This document shows, in pieces, positions 1 to 11,769 of a stretch of DNA of 64,000 nucleotides (position 1 is the stretch's first letter; each line of letters begins with the position of its first letter). Source of the DNA: an uncultured Gammaproteobacteria bacterium (GTDB lineage Bacteria > Pseudomonadota > Gammaproteobacteria > JACCXJ01); NCBI GenBank assembly GCA_963764725.1, contig CAVXTM010000010.1:1-64000 (forward strand). The letters run 5' to 3'. The notes under the pieces were generated by a model. The model was not told where the DNA came from, made no database searches, and saw only the letters and a list, made by a program, of their open reading frames with translations. A program made the position numbers and the translations under genes.

Positions 1-82
1 CAAGCGCATCCAGCGGACGGCCGCGAAGCGATAGAATGAGGCGTAGACGCATCGGCTGCCGCTGATGCGCAATGCGTTAGGC
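1..82 (+). mobile_element. Integron attC-like site, 5' end (R'') cut by the window edge
   Basis: Imperfect palindrome CAAGCGCATCCAGCGGACGGCCG ... CGGCTGCCGCTGATGCGCAATGC ending in GTTAGGC (76-82), which fits the GTTRRRY R' box. Confidence 0.7.
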
Positions 83-135
83 GTAGCGGCATCGCCTGGA
101 TTTGCCGCGTTCAAATGCGAAAGGAGGTGATCGAC

Positions 136-231
136 ATGGGCACCAAGTTTGGTGCCTGGATGATGCGCTTCCCCTTCCACAAAGACGGCAAGCTTGCAAC
201 TGGGGTTGCGTATTGTGGCATTATGCATTAA
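136..231 (+). CDS. 31-aa ORF just after the attC site, possibly a truncated cassette gene
   Basis: Perfect SD AAGGAGGTGA at 121-130; ATG at 136; MGTKFGAWMMRFPFHKDGKLATGVAYCGIMH*. The stop abuts an IS5-like end GGAACCTCTGAACAA. Confidence 0.35.
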   Translation: MGTKFGAWMMRFPFHKDGKLATGVAYCGIMH

Positions 232-307
232 GGAACCTCTGAACAAGTAATCAAGAATGGTTGCGCGGGGTGCATACGAATCGATTTCAGACGGAAAAGC
301 AGCCGGG

Positions 308-352
308 AGCCCGCGTAGGGCGGAAGCCCCGCAGGGGTGTTCCGCCGAATGA
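308..352 (+). repeat. REP element (GTAG family), left of RAYT
   Basis: GTAG followed by hairpin GGCGGAAGCCCCGCAGGGGTGTTCCGCC; inverted copy at 951-995 with 2 mismatches in 45 nt. Confidence 0.85.
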
Positions 353-375
353 ATGAAAGGAGATAAAGCTCACCG

Positions 376-940
376 ATGCCGGATTACCGCCGTTACCGTG
401 TGCCGGGAGGCACTTACTTTTTCACCATCAATCTATTAGAACGCCGGGCTGACTTGTTGGTGCGGCATATTGAACCGTTGCGGAAGGCTGTGAAGTACAC
501 GCGAGCCGATCGACCGTTCCATATCGATGCCTGGTCGCGCTTGCCATGCATTGCGTGATTACCCTACACCGGCGATGATGACTTCTCCAATTGCATTAAA
601 GCAATGAAAATTCGTTTTGTACAGGCGCTGCCGCAACGGAAGGGCGTTCATTGATACGAATGGCGAAGGGTGAAAGCCAGGGCCAGGGGATTGGCCCTGC
701 CTGGCGCGCTGAGGATGCAACGTGGCATCTGGCAACGAGGGGAGCATGCTATTCGGGACGAGGGAGATTATGCGCGCCATTTGGACTACGTGCACTTTAA
801 CCCGGTCAAACATGGCTATTTATCGATCGTTGCGCACTGGCCCCGGACATTTCATCGGTGGGTGAAGGCAGGTGCTTATCCACGCGATTGGGGTGGCGAG
901 GGTCCGTTGGATGTTTCTGTCGGGAGCGTAGACGATAATG
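376..940 (+). pseudogene. REP-associated tyrosine transposase (RAYT/TnpA-REP), frameshifted
   Basis: MPDYRRYRVPGGTYFFTINL...FHIDAW in one frame and IWQR..EHAIRDEGDYARHLDYVHFNPVKHGY in another. The HUH motif region is disrupted. Flanked by inverted REPs. Confidence 0.88.
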
Positions 941-950
941 TGGTGACGTG

Positions 951-995
951 TCATTCGGCGGAACGCCCCTGTGGGGCTTCCGCCCTACGCGGGCT
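951..995 (-). repeat. REP element, right of RAYT
   Basis: Reverse complement of 308-352. Confidence 0.85.
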
Positions 996-1065
996 TGCGT
1001 AGAAAAAGAGATTGGAGCATAAATCTATCTCAATTCAATATCCACTACACTTGTTAATTCGATCT

Positions 1066-1710
1066 ATGTATCTGCACCTCAGACTGTGGGCAGTTTTGGC
1101 CTTACTGATAACTCACTTCGCCGTTGTGACCAACCTCGGTGCAATACCGGCAGGGGTCGCTGGAAGTCCAAGGGAGTTAGTCGAGCGCACCACCGAAGAG
1201 CTGCGCACGGCTGTCATACGAGAGCAAGAGGCAATCAAAAAAGACCCAAATCGCACCATCCACCTTGTCGATAGGATCGTCTCACCCCATGTGGACACGA
1301 TTCGGGTAAGCAAGTGGATTGTGGGAAAACATTGGCGTCGGGCAACACCCGAGCAGCGGCAACAGTTCATCGATGCCTACCGTAAGCTACTACTGCGAAT
1401 CTATGCTGTGCGGGTTGGCGACTACACTGATGTCGAGGTCACTTACCTGCCCGTGCGCAACAACAATGATAAAGGTACCCTCGTTACCGTTCGAACCCAG
1501 GTATCGCACCAGGGCAAACCGCCTACTCGAATAGACTACCGCCTACACGAAAAGGAGGGTACCTGGAAGGTCTACGATGTAATTGCGGAGGGTATTAGCA
1601 TCGTTGCGACATTCCGGGCAGTCGTGGATGCCGAGGTGAGAAACTACGGTATCGACGGCTTGATCGCGCGCCTGAATGCGAAGAACGCACAACCTCTCTC
1701 TTCAAAATAG
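1066..1710 (+). CDS. mlaC: MlaC/Ttg2D-family phospholipid-binding periplasmic protein
   Basis: Signal-like N-terminus; GKHWRRATPEQRQQF and WKVYDVIAEGISIV motifs. ATG at 1066 preferred over the 1012 track start. Confidence 0.85.
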   Translation: MYLHLRLWAVLALLITHFAVVTNLGAIPAGVAGSPRELVERTTEELRTAVIREQEAIKKDPNRTIHLVDRIVSPHVDTIRVSKWIVGKHWRRATPEQRQQFIDAYRKLLLRIYAVRVGDYTDVEVTYLPVRNNNDKGTLVTVRTQVSHQGKPPTRIDYRLHEKEGTWKVYDVIAEGISIVATFRAVVDAEVRNYGIDGLIARLNAKNAQPLSSK

Positions 1711-1805
1711 AAACAAGCCACGCTTGTCTGTCTAGTGGGTTGAGAGATACTCCTGCCGCCTTAGATTTCTGCAAACGACGAGAGTTCTCCAGCTTGTGCC
1801 TCACT

Positions 1806-1940
1806 CGTGAGATCGAGGGGAAGCGGCGCTGGTTCGTGCATGGGATCTGTGACTAGGAGGAGGCGGCGCTAGGTTGCTATCTCTCCCATGCCGGATTTGG
1901 CCCGCTACGCCGAGCTTCACTGCTTCTCGAACTTCACCTT
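1806..1940 (+). pseudogene. Remnant of an imuB-dnaE2 junction (ImuB C-terminus plus DnaE2 N-terminus)
   Basis: 1806-1856 reads REIEGKRRWFVHGICD*. ATG at 1888 reads MPDLARYAELHCFSNFT, the PHP-domain start of DnaE2, then breaks off. Confidence 0.7.
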
Positions 1941-2000
1941 ACGCCCGGCCCCACAACACCCCGCATGCGGGTCCACACGGCGCGTTTCCTTCAAGGTTTA
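1941..2000 (-). mobile_element. Group II intron domain V remnant (class C-like)
   Basis: Minus strand AACCTTGAAGGAAACGCGCCGTGTGGACCCGCATGCGGGGTGTTGTGGGGCCGGG resembles a domain V hairpin. Domain VI and the RT ORF are absent. Confidence 0.6.
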
Positions 2001-2124
2001 AAGCAGCAAGATGAATCTTTCGGCTTCAAAGCTGGTTACGACAACCTACCGCCAGCACGGGCTTCCAGCAAGCGAACGGGTCGGGAAGACCCACGGCGTT
2101 AACAATGATGATCGGGGGGCATTA

Positions 2125-2180
2125 GGGGACAGACCGACCTGGACAGACCGGTCTGTCCCCGATAGGCACCCGATAGGCAC
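2125..2180. repeat. Short GGGGACAGACC inverted/direct repeats plus tandem CCCGATAGGCA x2
   Basis: GGGGACAGACC (2125), GGACAGACC (2141), GGTCTGTCCCC (2150); resembles repeats that accompany Y1/RAYT transposases. Confidence 0.55.
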
Positions 2181-2432
2181 ATTGGAGACGCCTTTCGCCC
2201 GATCTGCGATAATCGTTACATGAACAAACCCGCTGAGCCATTGACTGCGACTGCTGTCTTCGATCCCGTAGAGAAGTGAGCCTGGCAAAGTGCCTGCCGC
2301 TTCGAAATGATGTATCCAACGAGCGCCGCCCAACAACCAGCACTCGGAACAAGGGTTATGCCTGATGAATGTCACGTTATCGTCGCGCACCGATTCCCCG
2401 TGCAACCTATTTCACAAATAGAGGAGAGCATC

Positions 2433-2822
2433 ATGGCTGTGCAGCTCAATCACACTATCGTGATGGCACGTAACAAGGAGGCATCCGCGAGATTTCTCAC
2501 CGAGATTCTCGGGCTGCCCGAAGCCACCCGCTTCGGCCCGTTCCAGGTGGTCGAGACGGACAACGGCGTGAGTCTTGACTTTTACGAGACCGATGGCGAG
2601 ATTGGCCCGCAGCACTATGCCTTTCTGATCACCGAAGCGGAATTCGATGATATCGTCGCCCGGATCCGAGAGCGAAACCTTGAGTACTGGGCCGACCCAA
2701 GTAAAAGCCGAACGGGTGAGATCAACCACGATGACGGCGGTCGCGGTGTGTACTTTGAGGACCCGAACGGGCATCTCCTGGAGATCATCACCCGGCCCTA
2801 TGGCAGCGGCAGCGATGACTGA
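2433..2822 (+). CDS. VOC/glyoxalase family protein
   Basis: SD GAGGAG; MAVQLNHTIV...QHYAFLI...GRGVYFEDPNGHLLEIIT. Confidence 0.9.
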   Translation: MAVQLNHTIVMARNKEASARFLTEILGLPEATRFGPFQVVETDNGVSLDFYETDGEIGPQHYAFLITEAEFDDIVARIRERNLEYWADPSKSRTGEINHDDGGRGVYFEDPNGHLLEIITRPYGSGSDD

Positions 2823-2984
2823 GCCCCTCGGCGTCACCGGCGAGGTGCAACGCGAGGGGGGAGGTGGTGCACGTGCCGGCCCGGCGACTCGAGGACCATA
2901 CGCATCTGCTGGAGCGTCTCTCGACCCAGCCGCGAGAGTTTCGTTGAAGGCCCCTCCGTTTGCTCATTTCAATGCGGAGCTTGT

Positions 2985-3123
2985 GAGGGTAGCGATCCAT
3001 ATCTTCTTTTTGATCGGCTTCCGGAACCGCCTCCTGGTCATGATCAACTGGGCCTATGCCTATGTGACTCTCCGGGGTGGCGCCCGGTTGATTACCGGCG
3101 ACCCTCCTGCGCCCCTCTTGTAG
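2985..3123 (+). pseudogene. C-terminal remnant of type II NADH dehydrogenase
   Basis: AIHIFFLIGFRNRLLVMINWAYAYVTLRGGARLITG is the characteristic NDH-2 C-terminal membrane anchor; no upstream part present. Confidence 0.75.
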
Positions 3124-3216
3124 AGGAGCTCGGCGCTCCAGGTAGATTTCGCTGGAGGCGTTGTCTAACATACGTGCCTGTGCGGCACGTTCAGGTAGGT
3201 CGTGGAGGGGCTCGAC

Positions 3217-4932
<1,716 letters not shown>

Positions 4933-4933
4933 A

Positions 4934-6649
4934 ATGGCCGCCAAGCCACTATCCGACAACCAGACTGACACAATCGGCTCCTACCTTGCCGCGCGACTCG
5001 TGGAGCTCGGGGTACGCGACTACTTTGCGGTCCCCGGAGATTTCAACCTAGTGTTACTGGACGAGCTTCTCAAGAACCAGAAATTGCGGCTCGTTGGGTG
5101 TTGCAATGAATTGAACGCCGGCTATGCCGCCGATGGCTATGCGCGTGCCAATGGGGTCGCCGCCTGCGTCGCGACCTACAGCGTCGGGGGATTGAGCTTC
5201 GTCAATGCTATTGCAGGAGCCTATGCCGAGGACCTGTCGGTGGTGGCAATCTCAGGTGGGCCCAATACGAACACTGAACCATCACGACAATACCTCCACC
5301 ACACCCTGGGCGAAATTTCGTACCGGTACGTGGTGGAGGTGTTCCAGCGTGTGACCGCCCACGCAGTGAGCATCGACGACCCAGCCCGCGCGCTGCAGCA
5401 GATCGACCGAGCCCTGGATATCTGTGTGAGTCGGCGCAAGCCGGTCTATCTGGAAATCGCCTGTAACCTGGCCGCTTGGGCCTGCTCGGCCCCGAAACCC
5501 TATGTGTTTGGCGCACAAAAGGTTGTCACAAGCCGACCTGCACTTCAGGAGGCGGTGGACCGGGCCGCGGGAATGCTCAATGCCGCACTGAAACCGGTGC
5601 TGGTGGCGGGAGTGAAGCTGCGACCGCACGATGGCCGCGAGGCCCTTGCGCGGTTGGTGGAAGCTTCTGGGTATGCCACCGCTGTGATGTCGAACGCGAA
5701 AGGCATGATCTCCGAGAAATTGCCAGAGTTCATCGGGGTCTACTGGGGCGCAATCAGCTCGCCTGGGGTCAAGGAGGTGATCCAGTCCGCCGATGCGGTC
5801 CTCTTTGCTGGACCGCTGTTCAACGACTATACGACCTGCGGCTATACGATGTTGCTAGACCGCCAGAAGATGATCGAGGTACAGCCCGATGCGGTGGTCG
5901 TTGCCGGACATACCTATACGAACGTGACCATAAAGGAGTTTCTCGGTGAGCTGGCGAAGAAGGTCAAGCACAACCCAGCATCACTGCGTCAATTCAACCA
6001 GACCAAGGAAGAGACGGTGCCAGAACCGCCGATGCAGCCGTCGAAGAAGCTCACCAGGCGGCGACTTTTCTGGCTGGCGCAGCGGGTTGTCACCAGCAAC
6101 TCCGCCGTGATTGCAGAGACAGGCGATTCCTGGTTCAACGCTATACGACTTCCCTTGCCAGAAGGATGCCGCTTTGAGATCCAGATGCAGTACGGTTCGA
6201 TCGGCTGGTCAGTGGGCGCGATCCTGGGTTACGCGATGGGAGCGGGATCACAGCGCCGGGTCGTTGGCTTTGTGGGTGACGGTGCGTTCCAACTGACCGC
6301 GCAGGAAGTCTCGACCATGATCCGATACGGGCTGAATCCGATCATTTTTCTGATCAACAACGGCGGCTACACGATCGAGGTAGAAATCCACGACGGCCCC
6401 TACAACAACATTCAGAACTGGAATTACGCCAAGCTCATCGAGGTGTTCAACGGCGCAGATGGAGGTGGTTGGAGCTGCAAGGTGCAGACGGAAGGAGAGC
6501 TCGATAAGGCCATCAATCAGGCGATCAAGCATAAGAGGGTGAGCTTCATCGAGGTAATGATAGGTCGCGATGATTGTACAAAAGAATTGTTGGAGTTTGG
6601 GAGCCGCGTCGCCCGGACCAATTCGCTGAAGCCGAGCTTCGTGGTCTAG
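4934..6649 (+). CDS. ThDP-dependent alpha-keto acid decarboxylase, pyruvate decarboxylase-like
   Basis: PGDFNL, NELNAGYAADGYAR, LHHTLG, GDGAFQ...INN ThDP motif, YTIEVEIH. Confidence 0.88.
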   Translation: MAAKPLSDNQTDTIGSYLAARLVELGVRDYFAVPGDFNLVLLDELLKNQKLRLVGCCNELNAGYAADGYARANGVAACVATYSVGGLSFVNAIAGAYAEDLSVVAISGGPNTNTEPSRQYLHHTLGEISYRYVVEVFQRVTAHAVSIDDPARALQQIDRALDICVSRRKPVYLEIACNLAAWACSAPKPYVFGAQKVVTSRPALQEAVDRAAGMLNAALKPVLVAGVKLRPHDGREALARLVEASGYATAVMSNAKGMISEKLPEFIGVYWGAISSPGVKEVIQSADAVLFAGPLFNDYTTCGYTMLLDRQKMIEVQPDAVVVAGHTYTNVTIKEFLGELAKKVKHNPASLRQFNQTKEETVPEPPMQPSKKLTRRRLFWLAQRVVTSNSAVIAETGDSWFNAIRLPLPEGCRFEIQMQYGSIGWSVGAILGYAMGAGSQRRVVGFVGDGAFQLTAQEVSTMIRYGLNPIIFLINNGGYTIEVEIHDGPYNNIQNWNYAKLIEVFNGADGGGWSCKVQTEGELDKAINQAIKHKRVSFIEVMIGRDDCTKELLEFGSRVARTNSLKPSFVV

Positions 6650-6811
6650 TTAGACCGGAGGGGTTTCCGGAGGGCGATGGATGCCCCGCCATGCGTACTG
6701 GGCCGTGCTCGGCATCGAAGCACCGGCGCCGCTACTCGCCGCCACCACCGTCAATGAAGCCTTGCCCTGGATTAAAGGAAGCTCAAAGACCCAAAAGGGC
6801 GACCCGCTTGC

Positions 6812-8047
6812 TCAAACCATTTCCCGCAGGCGGCGGATCTCTTCGCGCCAACTCATAACCACTGGATCCGCTTCGGGGTTACCACCGCGGTCGTATACGC
6901 GACGCTTGCGAAAGGCAAGCTCATGCTGAGCGTTCACCAGGGCAGCCGACCGTCGGCGGTCGACGGCGGCAATCCGACGCGTGCGAAAGACACCGTCATG
7001 CTTAATGCCCTCGTATTCTTCCGGTGTCACCGTGTCGGCTAACTCATTCGCCAGTTCTTCTTGGATGACCTTCCGCTCCCAGCGGCCGCTGCGCCACAAC
7101 AAAAACAGCGTCAGCACGACAAAAGGCAGGAAGACTATTAGATTCATGAGGCTGACGGATATCCATGCCTCCAGCAGGCCGACATCCGGCGGCGCAGTCG
7201 CTTCGGTGGGCGGCGACTCACCCGCAGCGACCTTCGCTAGGGTCACCACCATGGGCAAAATATTGTTCAGCGCGTGGGCGGATATGGCGAGCAGAAGCCC
7301 CACTAGCGGCGCGCTATAGCGGACAAACCAACGGCGCGTTTGTCGGGCAAGTCCCAGAAAAGCACCGAACAGCCCCGAGTACAGCGCGTGGCCGGCCATA
7401 CCGAAGAGCGCAAAGCGTGCTCCAAGCTGCAGCTCCCAAGGCGCGTCACCATACTCTGCGTATCCCTGCGCCACGTAGAGCGGTGCCTCGAGCCAGTTGA
7501 ATCCCGCGCCTACGACCGCGCCGTAGATGAATCCGTCCCGCATGTTGTCGTACTCGGAGCGCAACAGGAAGAAGAGCAATAGAACGCCAAGCCCTTTGGT
7601 GATTTCCTCGACGAGTGGTCCGGCAATGGGCGCACCGATCATGAGCGCAGCATCAGGCCCGAGCGTCAGTTCAATGGCTGGGTTCTTTGCGACCCATTGG
7701 GCGATAACCGCAAGGATTGCACTATTGAACGGCAGAGCCAGGCTAGTTGCGATCACGCCGCCCCAAAGGAAAGCCGCCGCGAATAGCCATGGCGACTCCC
7801 GCTCGCGGCGATCGAGCCACCATAAGATGGCAACTGGCATCAGTGATAAAACACTCGTTGCGAACATGCTGCGCAAGAACACGCTCGCTGTATCCGGACG
7901 TATGCTGCTAAACGTTGAAATTAAGATCGCCGCAGCAAAAGCGAGCAACAGCAGCAAACTAATGATGGTTCCAATGGCGAAACCCCGCCGCCGCAGCGGC
8001 GAGCCTATTAAATTTCGATTCAGTTGGACTTGCAATGAAGAGCTCAT
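6812..8047 (-). CDS. PrsW-family intramembrane metalloprotease
   Basis: Multi-TM protein; GPLVEEITKG, GAGFNWLE and H-x-x-x-N motifs. Confidence 0.88.
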   Translation of the reverse strand: MSSSLQVQLNRNLIGSPLRRRGFAIGTIISLLLLLAFAAAILISTFSSIRPDTASVFLRSMFATSVLSLMPVAILWWLDRRERESPWLFAAAFLWGGVIATSLALPFNSAILAVIAQWVAKNPAIELTLGPDAALMIGAPIAGPLVEEITKGLGVLLLFFLLRSEYDNMRDGFIYGAVVGAGFNWLEAPLYVAQGYAEYGDAPWELQLGARFALFGMAGHALYSGLFGAFLGLARQTRRWFVRYSAPLVGLLLAISAHALNNILPMVVTLAKVAAGESPPTEATAPPDVGLLEAWISVSLMNLIVFLPFVVLTLFLLWRSGRWERKVIQEELANELADTVTPEEYEGIKHDGVFRTRRIAAVDRRRSAALVNAQHELAFRKRRVYDRGGNPEADPVVMSWREEIRRLREMV

Positions 8048-8133
8048 GGCGCCTCACGGTTGAGATGTCAAAACCGCCTTGCTGTTTCCGGCACAATTAT
8101 CGACACAGCCCTCTGCACGACTAGTGCCCAGCA

Positions 8134-8187
8134 CACAACCGCCGCATTTACCCTACCCCTCGTACCTAACGGGCTTCGTCATCTTGT
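8134..8187 (-). mobile_element. Group II intron domain I fragment (class C-like)
   Basis: Minus strand ACAAGATGACGAAGCCCGTTAGGTACGAGGGGTAGGGTAAATGCGGCGGTTGTG resembles, from recollection, the conserved 5' region of IIC introns. Confidence 0.5.
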
Positions 8188-8222
8188 CGCTTCGAGCCGG
8201 TCTGCCTCGTCACACAGAAGTA

Positions 8223-10796
8223 TTAGTTGGTGGTGATGACCTTAGCACTGTGCTCTCCGAGCGGTCTCGGTCTCCCCACCGCATAGCCTTGCGCGTAGTT
8301 CACCCCGATCGCCTTGAGCCGTGCCAGGATGTTCTCGGTCTCGACGGATTCCGCGATCGTTTCAATACCCATCACATGGCCGATTCTGTGGATCGCCTCC
8401 ACCATGGCATGGTCGATCGGGTCCCGTATCATGTCCTTGACGAAGCCACCGTCGATCTTCAAGAAATCGACGGGAAGCGTCTTCAAATAAGCAAATGACG
8501 ACAGGCCGCTTCCGAAATCGTCGAGGGCAAAGCGGCATCCCCGCGGCTTGAGCGCGCAGAAAAAGCGCTTGGCGTGACTGAGATTGCTGATGGCAGCCGT
8601 CTCCGTGATCTCAAAGCAGATCCGAACCAAGGGGACCGCCCAATCCTCTATTTGTTGCTCGACGAAGTCCAGAAACTCCCGGTCTCCTAGGGACTGGCCA
8701 GAGAGGTTAATCGCGACTCCGCCCGATGGCACAACGGTGTCTGGGTCACCCAATGCCACAAAAACGGTGCGGATCACCCAGCGGTCGATGGCCTGCATCT
8801 GGTTATAGCGCTCCGCCGCGGGGATAAACACCGAGGGCGGTATCAGCTCGCCGTTCTTGCTGAGCAGACGCAACAGCACTTCGCCGTTCGGTCCTCCGCC
8901 CTGACCGAGCGGAATGATCGGTTGGTAGTAGAGGACAAAGCGGTTGTCGACCAATGCCTGCTGGATGTGCGGTATCCACTGCATCTCCCCGTGACGCCGA
9001 GCGAGGTCGTGGTCGTCAGGCTGGTAGACGTGCACCCGGTTTCGACCTTGCTCCTTGGCCGCATAGCATGCGTCATCTGCAGCCCGAAAGACGCTGGCGA
9101 GGGTTTGGGCACCTGGACCGATAGGTACAAGTCCGAAGCTTGCGCCAACCGCGAAGCCTCGCTCTTGCCACACGAAGCGGAAATCCTGCAAGGCCTCGCG
9201 CATCAGGTGAGCAAGCCGCAGGGCCTGCCCCTGTTCGCAGTGTTCAAGCAGGACTCCGAACTCATCGCCGCCAAGGCGCGCGAGCGTATCGCGCTTGCGG
9301 AGCTGGGACGTGAGCACCGCCCCGACCTGGCGCAACAGCTCGTCTCCTGCGACGTGCCCGCACGTGTCGTTCACGACCTTGAATTGGTCAAGATCGAGGT
9401 AAATAACGCCATGCCTTTCGTCTTCTGTAGCGGTGCCGAGGATGCGCTCTAGGCGGCGCTCGAACTCCCGGCGATTGACGAGCCCAGTCAGCGCATCGTG
9501 GGACGCGTGGTAGCTCAGTTGGCGCTCGGCTCGGCGGGCCTCGGTAACGTCACGAAAGATCAACACCGCTCCAGTCGTCGCGCCGTCATGGTCGTGGATT
9601 GGGGCCGCCGAATAGTCTATCGAGAGTTCCAGACCCTCGCGGCGGATCAAAAGCGTATTGCTCGCAAGGACGATTACCTTGCCCTCCTGAACGCAGCGCT
9701 GCACGGGGTCCTCGATCCGATCACGCGAGCCCTCGTCAACGATGTTGAACACCTGGCTAAGAGGTCGACCCGCGGCCTCGTCCTTCGACCAGCCCGTCAG
9801 TTGCTCGGCGCTGCGGTTCAGGTAGTCGATGCGATCATCGACATCGGTGGTGATAACGGCGTCCCCTATGGACGCCAGAGTGACCTGGATCCTTTCCTTC
9901 TCGTCGAACAGCGTGTTCTCGGCATGCCGCCTTTCCGCAATCTCCCTTTGCAGCGCGGCAACCGTTTGACCAAGCTCCGCAGTCCTCTCCTGTACACGAC
10001 GCTCGAGCTGCCTCTGGCTGTCCGCAACCTGCTCCGTCATGCGGTCAAAGGCCCGGCCCAAGCCTGCGACCTCATCCCTCCCGCGCAATCCGGCACGCGC
10101 GTCCAGGTTGCCTCCGGAAAATCCCTGCGTGGCGATCAACAAGGCGTTCAGTCGCCGCGTCACCAAGAGATGAATCAGGGCCCCGAGCACCACGGCCAGG
10201 CCAACGAGCACACCGACCATCTCCAGCCTGTGTTTCTCGACCGTGCGCCGGGCATGGGCGAGCTCGTGCAAGAGGTCTCTTTGCACAACCAAAACACCTA
10301 CCCGCTTCGGTGGAAGTGCATCGGCGCGCGCGTCCAACTTAACTGGGTATACTCCCAATACATAGCGGCCACCGGCAACCAGGAACAGCTCACCGGAATA
10401 TTGCGCTCGCACTCGGTCGATGATGGCTTGCAACGGCTCGCCCGGCCAGCGTGGCCATTGCGCTTGGGACGCCTCCGCCAGCGATCGGCCGACCCATTCG
10501 CCCTTCGTTGCGCCGAGCACGATGGCAGCATCATCTGCCAATATCGCAAACTGCGGCTCCTGAGCACTGCCGAGGAGTGACATCTCTTGTGCAATACGCT
10601 CGCGGTCACCCGTAGCGTATGAATAACTTAAGTGCTTTTGTAGAAGAGTTATGCGGCTTATCATCTGCGAAACCGCTTCTCCCCGGACGACGGCTTCCGC
10701 GGCACCCCATTCCCTGTGCACTGTGTACGCCGCGAGCACGGCCGTGAACACGACGATGAGGAGAGGGATCCCATAGCGTATGGAGACTCGAAACAT
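8223..10796 (-). CDS. Membrane HAMP-PAS-GGDEF-EAL diguanylate cyclase/phosphodiesterase
   Basis: Two TM segments, HAMP, PAS, intact RLGGDEF, EVLLR and DDFGSGLSS. Confidence 0.93.
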   Translation of the reverse strand: MFRVSIRYGIPLLIVVFTAVLAAYTVHREWGAAEAVVRGEAVSQMISRITLLQKHLSYSYATGDRERIAQEMSLLGSAQEPQFAILADDAAIVLGATKGEWVGRSLAEASQAQWPRWPGEPLQAIIDRVRAQYSGELFLVAGGRYVLGVYPVKLDARADALPPKRVGVLVVQRDLLHELAHARRTVEKHRLEMVGVLVGLAVVLGALIHLLVTRRLNALLIATQGFSGGNLDARAGLRGRDEVAGLGRAFDRMTEQVADSQRQLERRVQERTAELGQTVAALQREIAERRHAENTLFDEKERIQVTLASIGDAVITTDVDDRIDYLNRSAEQLTGWSKDEAAGRPLSQVFNIVDEGSRDRIEDPVQRCVQEGKVIVLASNTLLIRREGLELSIDYSAAPIHDHDGATTGAVLIFRDVTEARRAERQLSYHASHDALTGLVNRREFERRLERILGTATEDERHGVIYLDLDQFKVVNDTCGHVAGDELLRQVGAVLTSQLRKRDTLARLGGDEFGVLLEHCEQGQALRLAHLMREALQDFRFVWQERGFAVGASFGLVPIGPGAQTLASVFRAADDACYAAKEQGRNRVHVYQPDDHDLARRHGEMQWIPHIQQALVDNRFVLYYQPIIPLGQGGGPNGEVLLRLLSKNGELIPPSVFIPAAERYNQMQAIDRWVIRTVFVALGDPDTVVPSGGVAINLSGQSLGDREFLDFVEQQIEDWAVPLVRICFEITETAAISNLSHAKRFFCALKPRGCRFALDDFGSGLSSFAYLKTLPVDFLKIDGGFVKDMIRDPIDHAMVEAIHRIGHVMGIETIAESVETENILARLKAIGVNYAQGYAVGRPRPLGEHSAKVITTN

Positions 10797-10970
10797 CCTC
10801 GGTGCCCGCGCCTCACGTCGGTGGGTCAGGCGCAAACAGCACGCCCAACCCACCCTAGTTCCGATGCCGTCGGCTTAAGCGCCAACCAATAACCGCCAAC
10901 CTATAACCGTCTTCTTCTATAGGCAACTCCCATCCCATTTTTCCTTGTGTAATTGTGTCGGGCGGTCACG

Positions 10971-11639
10971 TCAGCAGTCTCCATGACAAGTGGTGATGTT
11001 GGAGCAGGCAAAAGGAGTTCCACGAGGGGGGAGGTTTTCTGGGTATTTTTCCAAATTGAACCCAACCGGAAGTGTGCATGTTTTAGCCTCCCAAGAACTG
11101 TGGGGTTCATCCGGTTTGCTGAAACACGCCTTATCAGTCAATCGGGAGCAATATAGATTCATCTTTACTGCCATCTCGCGGATTATCACATCCTTTGGGG
11201 TCGACTTTGGACAAAAGATAGAGTCGGGATCCTCGAGAAAATGCGCGTCAGAAACGATGACTGCCCATTCACCATTGCGACTCACCTTACCTCTAGGATT
11301 TGTTACTCTAGTAATATCACTTCCAACTATTGGCCTTCGTGTAGCCAGAGTCCACTGCTCACTTGACAGATCAAGTTTTTGTACAATTCCGTCGCACAAT
11401 ATCTCCACCTGTTTCGGCGTCACAACAACTTCGCCTATCGGGGGGAGAAGGATAGGGACAGGGTCCGGCGCTGGTTCCTTATCCTGCCGAACACATTCAC
11501 CGCTATGCCAAAAACACCGGCCCTTAACTACGACCCAGTGCGCCTCGGCCTTGGCTCCCAGCATGGCGATCAGGCCGACCATCATGACTGTCATTACACT
11601 CTTAACTGTCTTGGACACTCTCTTAACTGTCTTGGACAT
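10971..11639 (-). CDS. Secreted cysteine-rich hypothetical protein
   Basis: SD GGAGGGG; signal peptide ending AEA; about 9 Cys; 21-bp tandem duplication at the N-terminus. Confidence 0.6.
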   Translation of the reverse strand: MSKTVKRVSKTVKSVMTVMMVGLIAMLGAKAEAHWVVVKGRCFWHSGECVRQDKEPAPDPVPILLPPIGEVVVTPKQVEILCDGIVQKLDLSSEQWTLATRRPIVGSDITRVTNPRGKVSRNGEWAVIVSDAHFLEDPDSIFCPKSTPKDVIIREMAVKMNLYCSRLTDKACFSKPDEPHSSWEAKTCTLPVGFNLEKYPENLPPRGTPFACSNITTCHGDC

Positions 11640-11769
11640 AATCCCCTCCGCTTGCTTGTATACTGCTCCACAGCCCTACGTGGAGCGCCTTTCTATTGCC
11701 GAGACGGCCTCGCCCGGCTCGCCGCCAGTGAACCAGTGCCTCATTTCAAAACACTGGACTTCCCGATCC

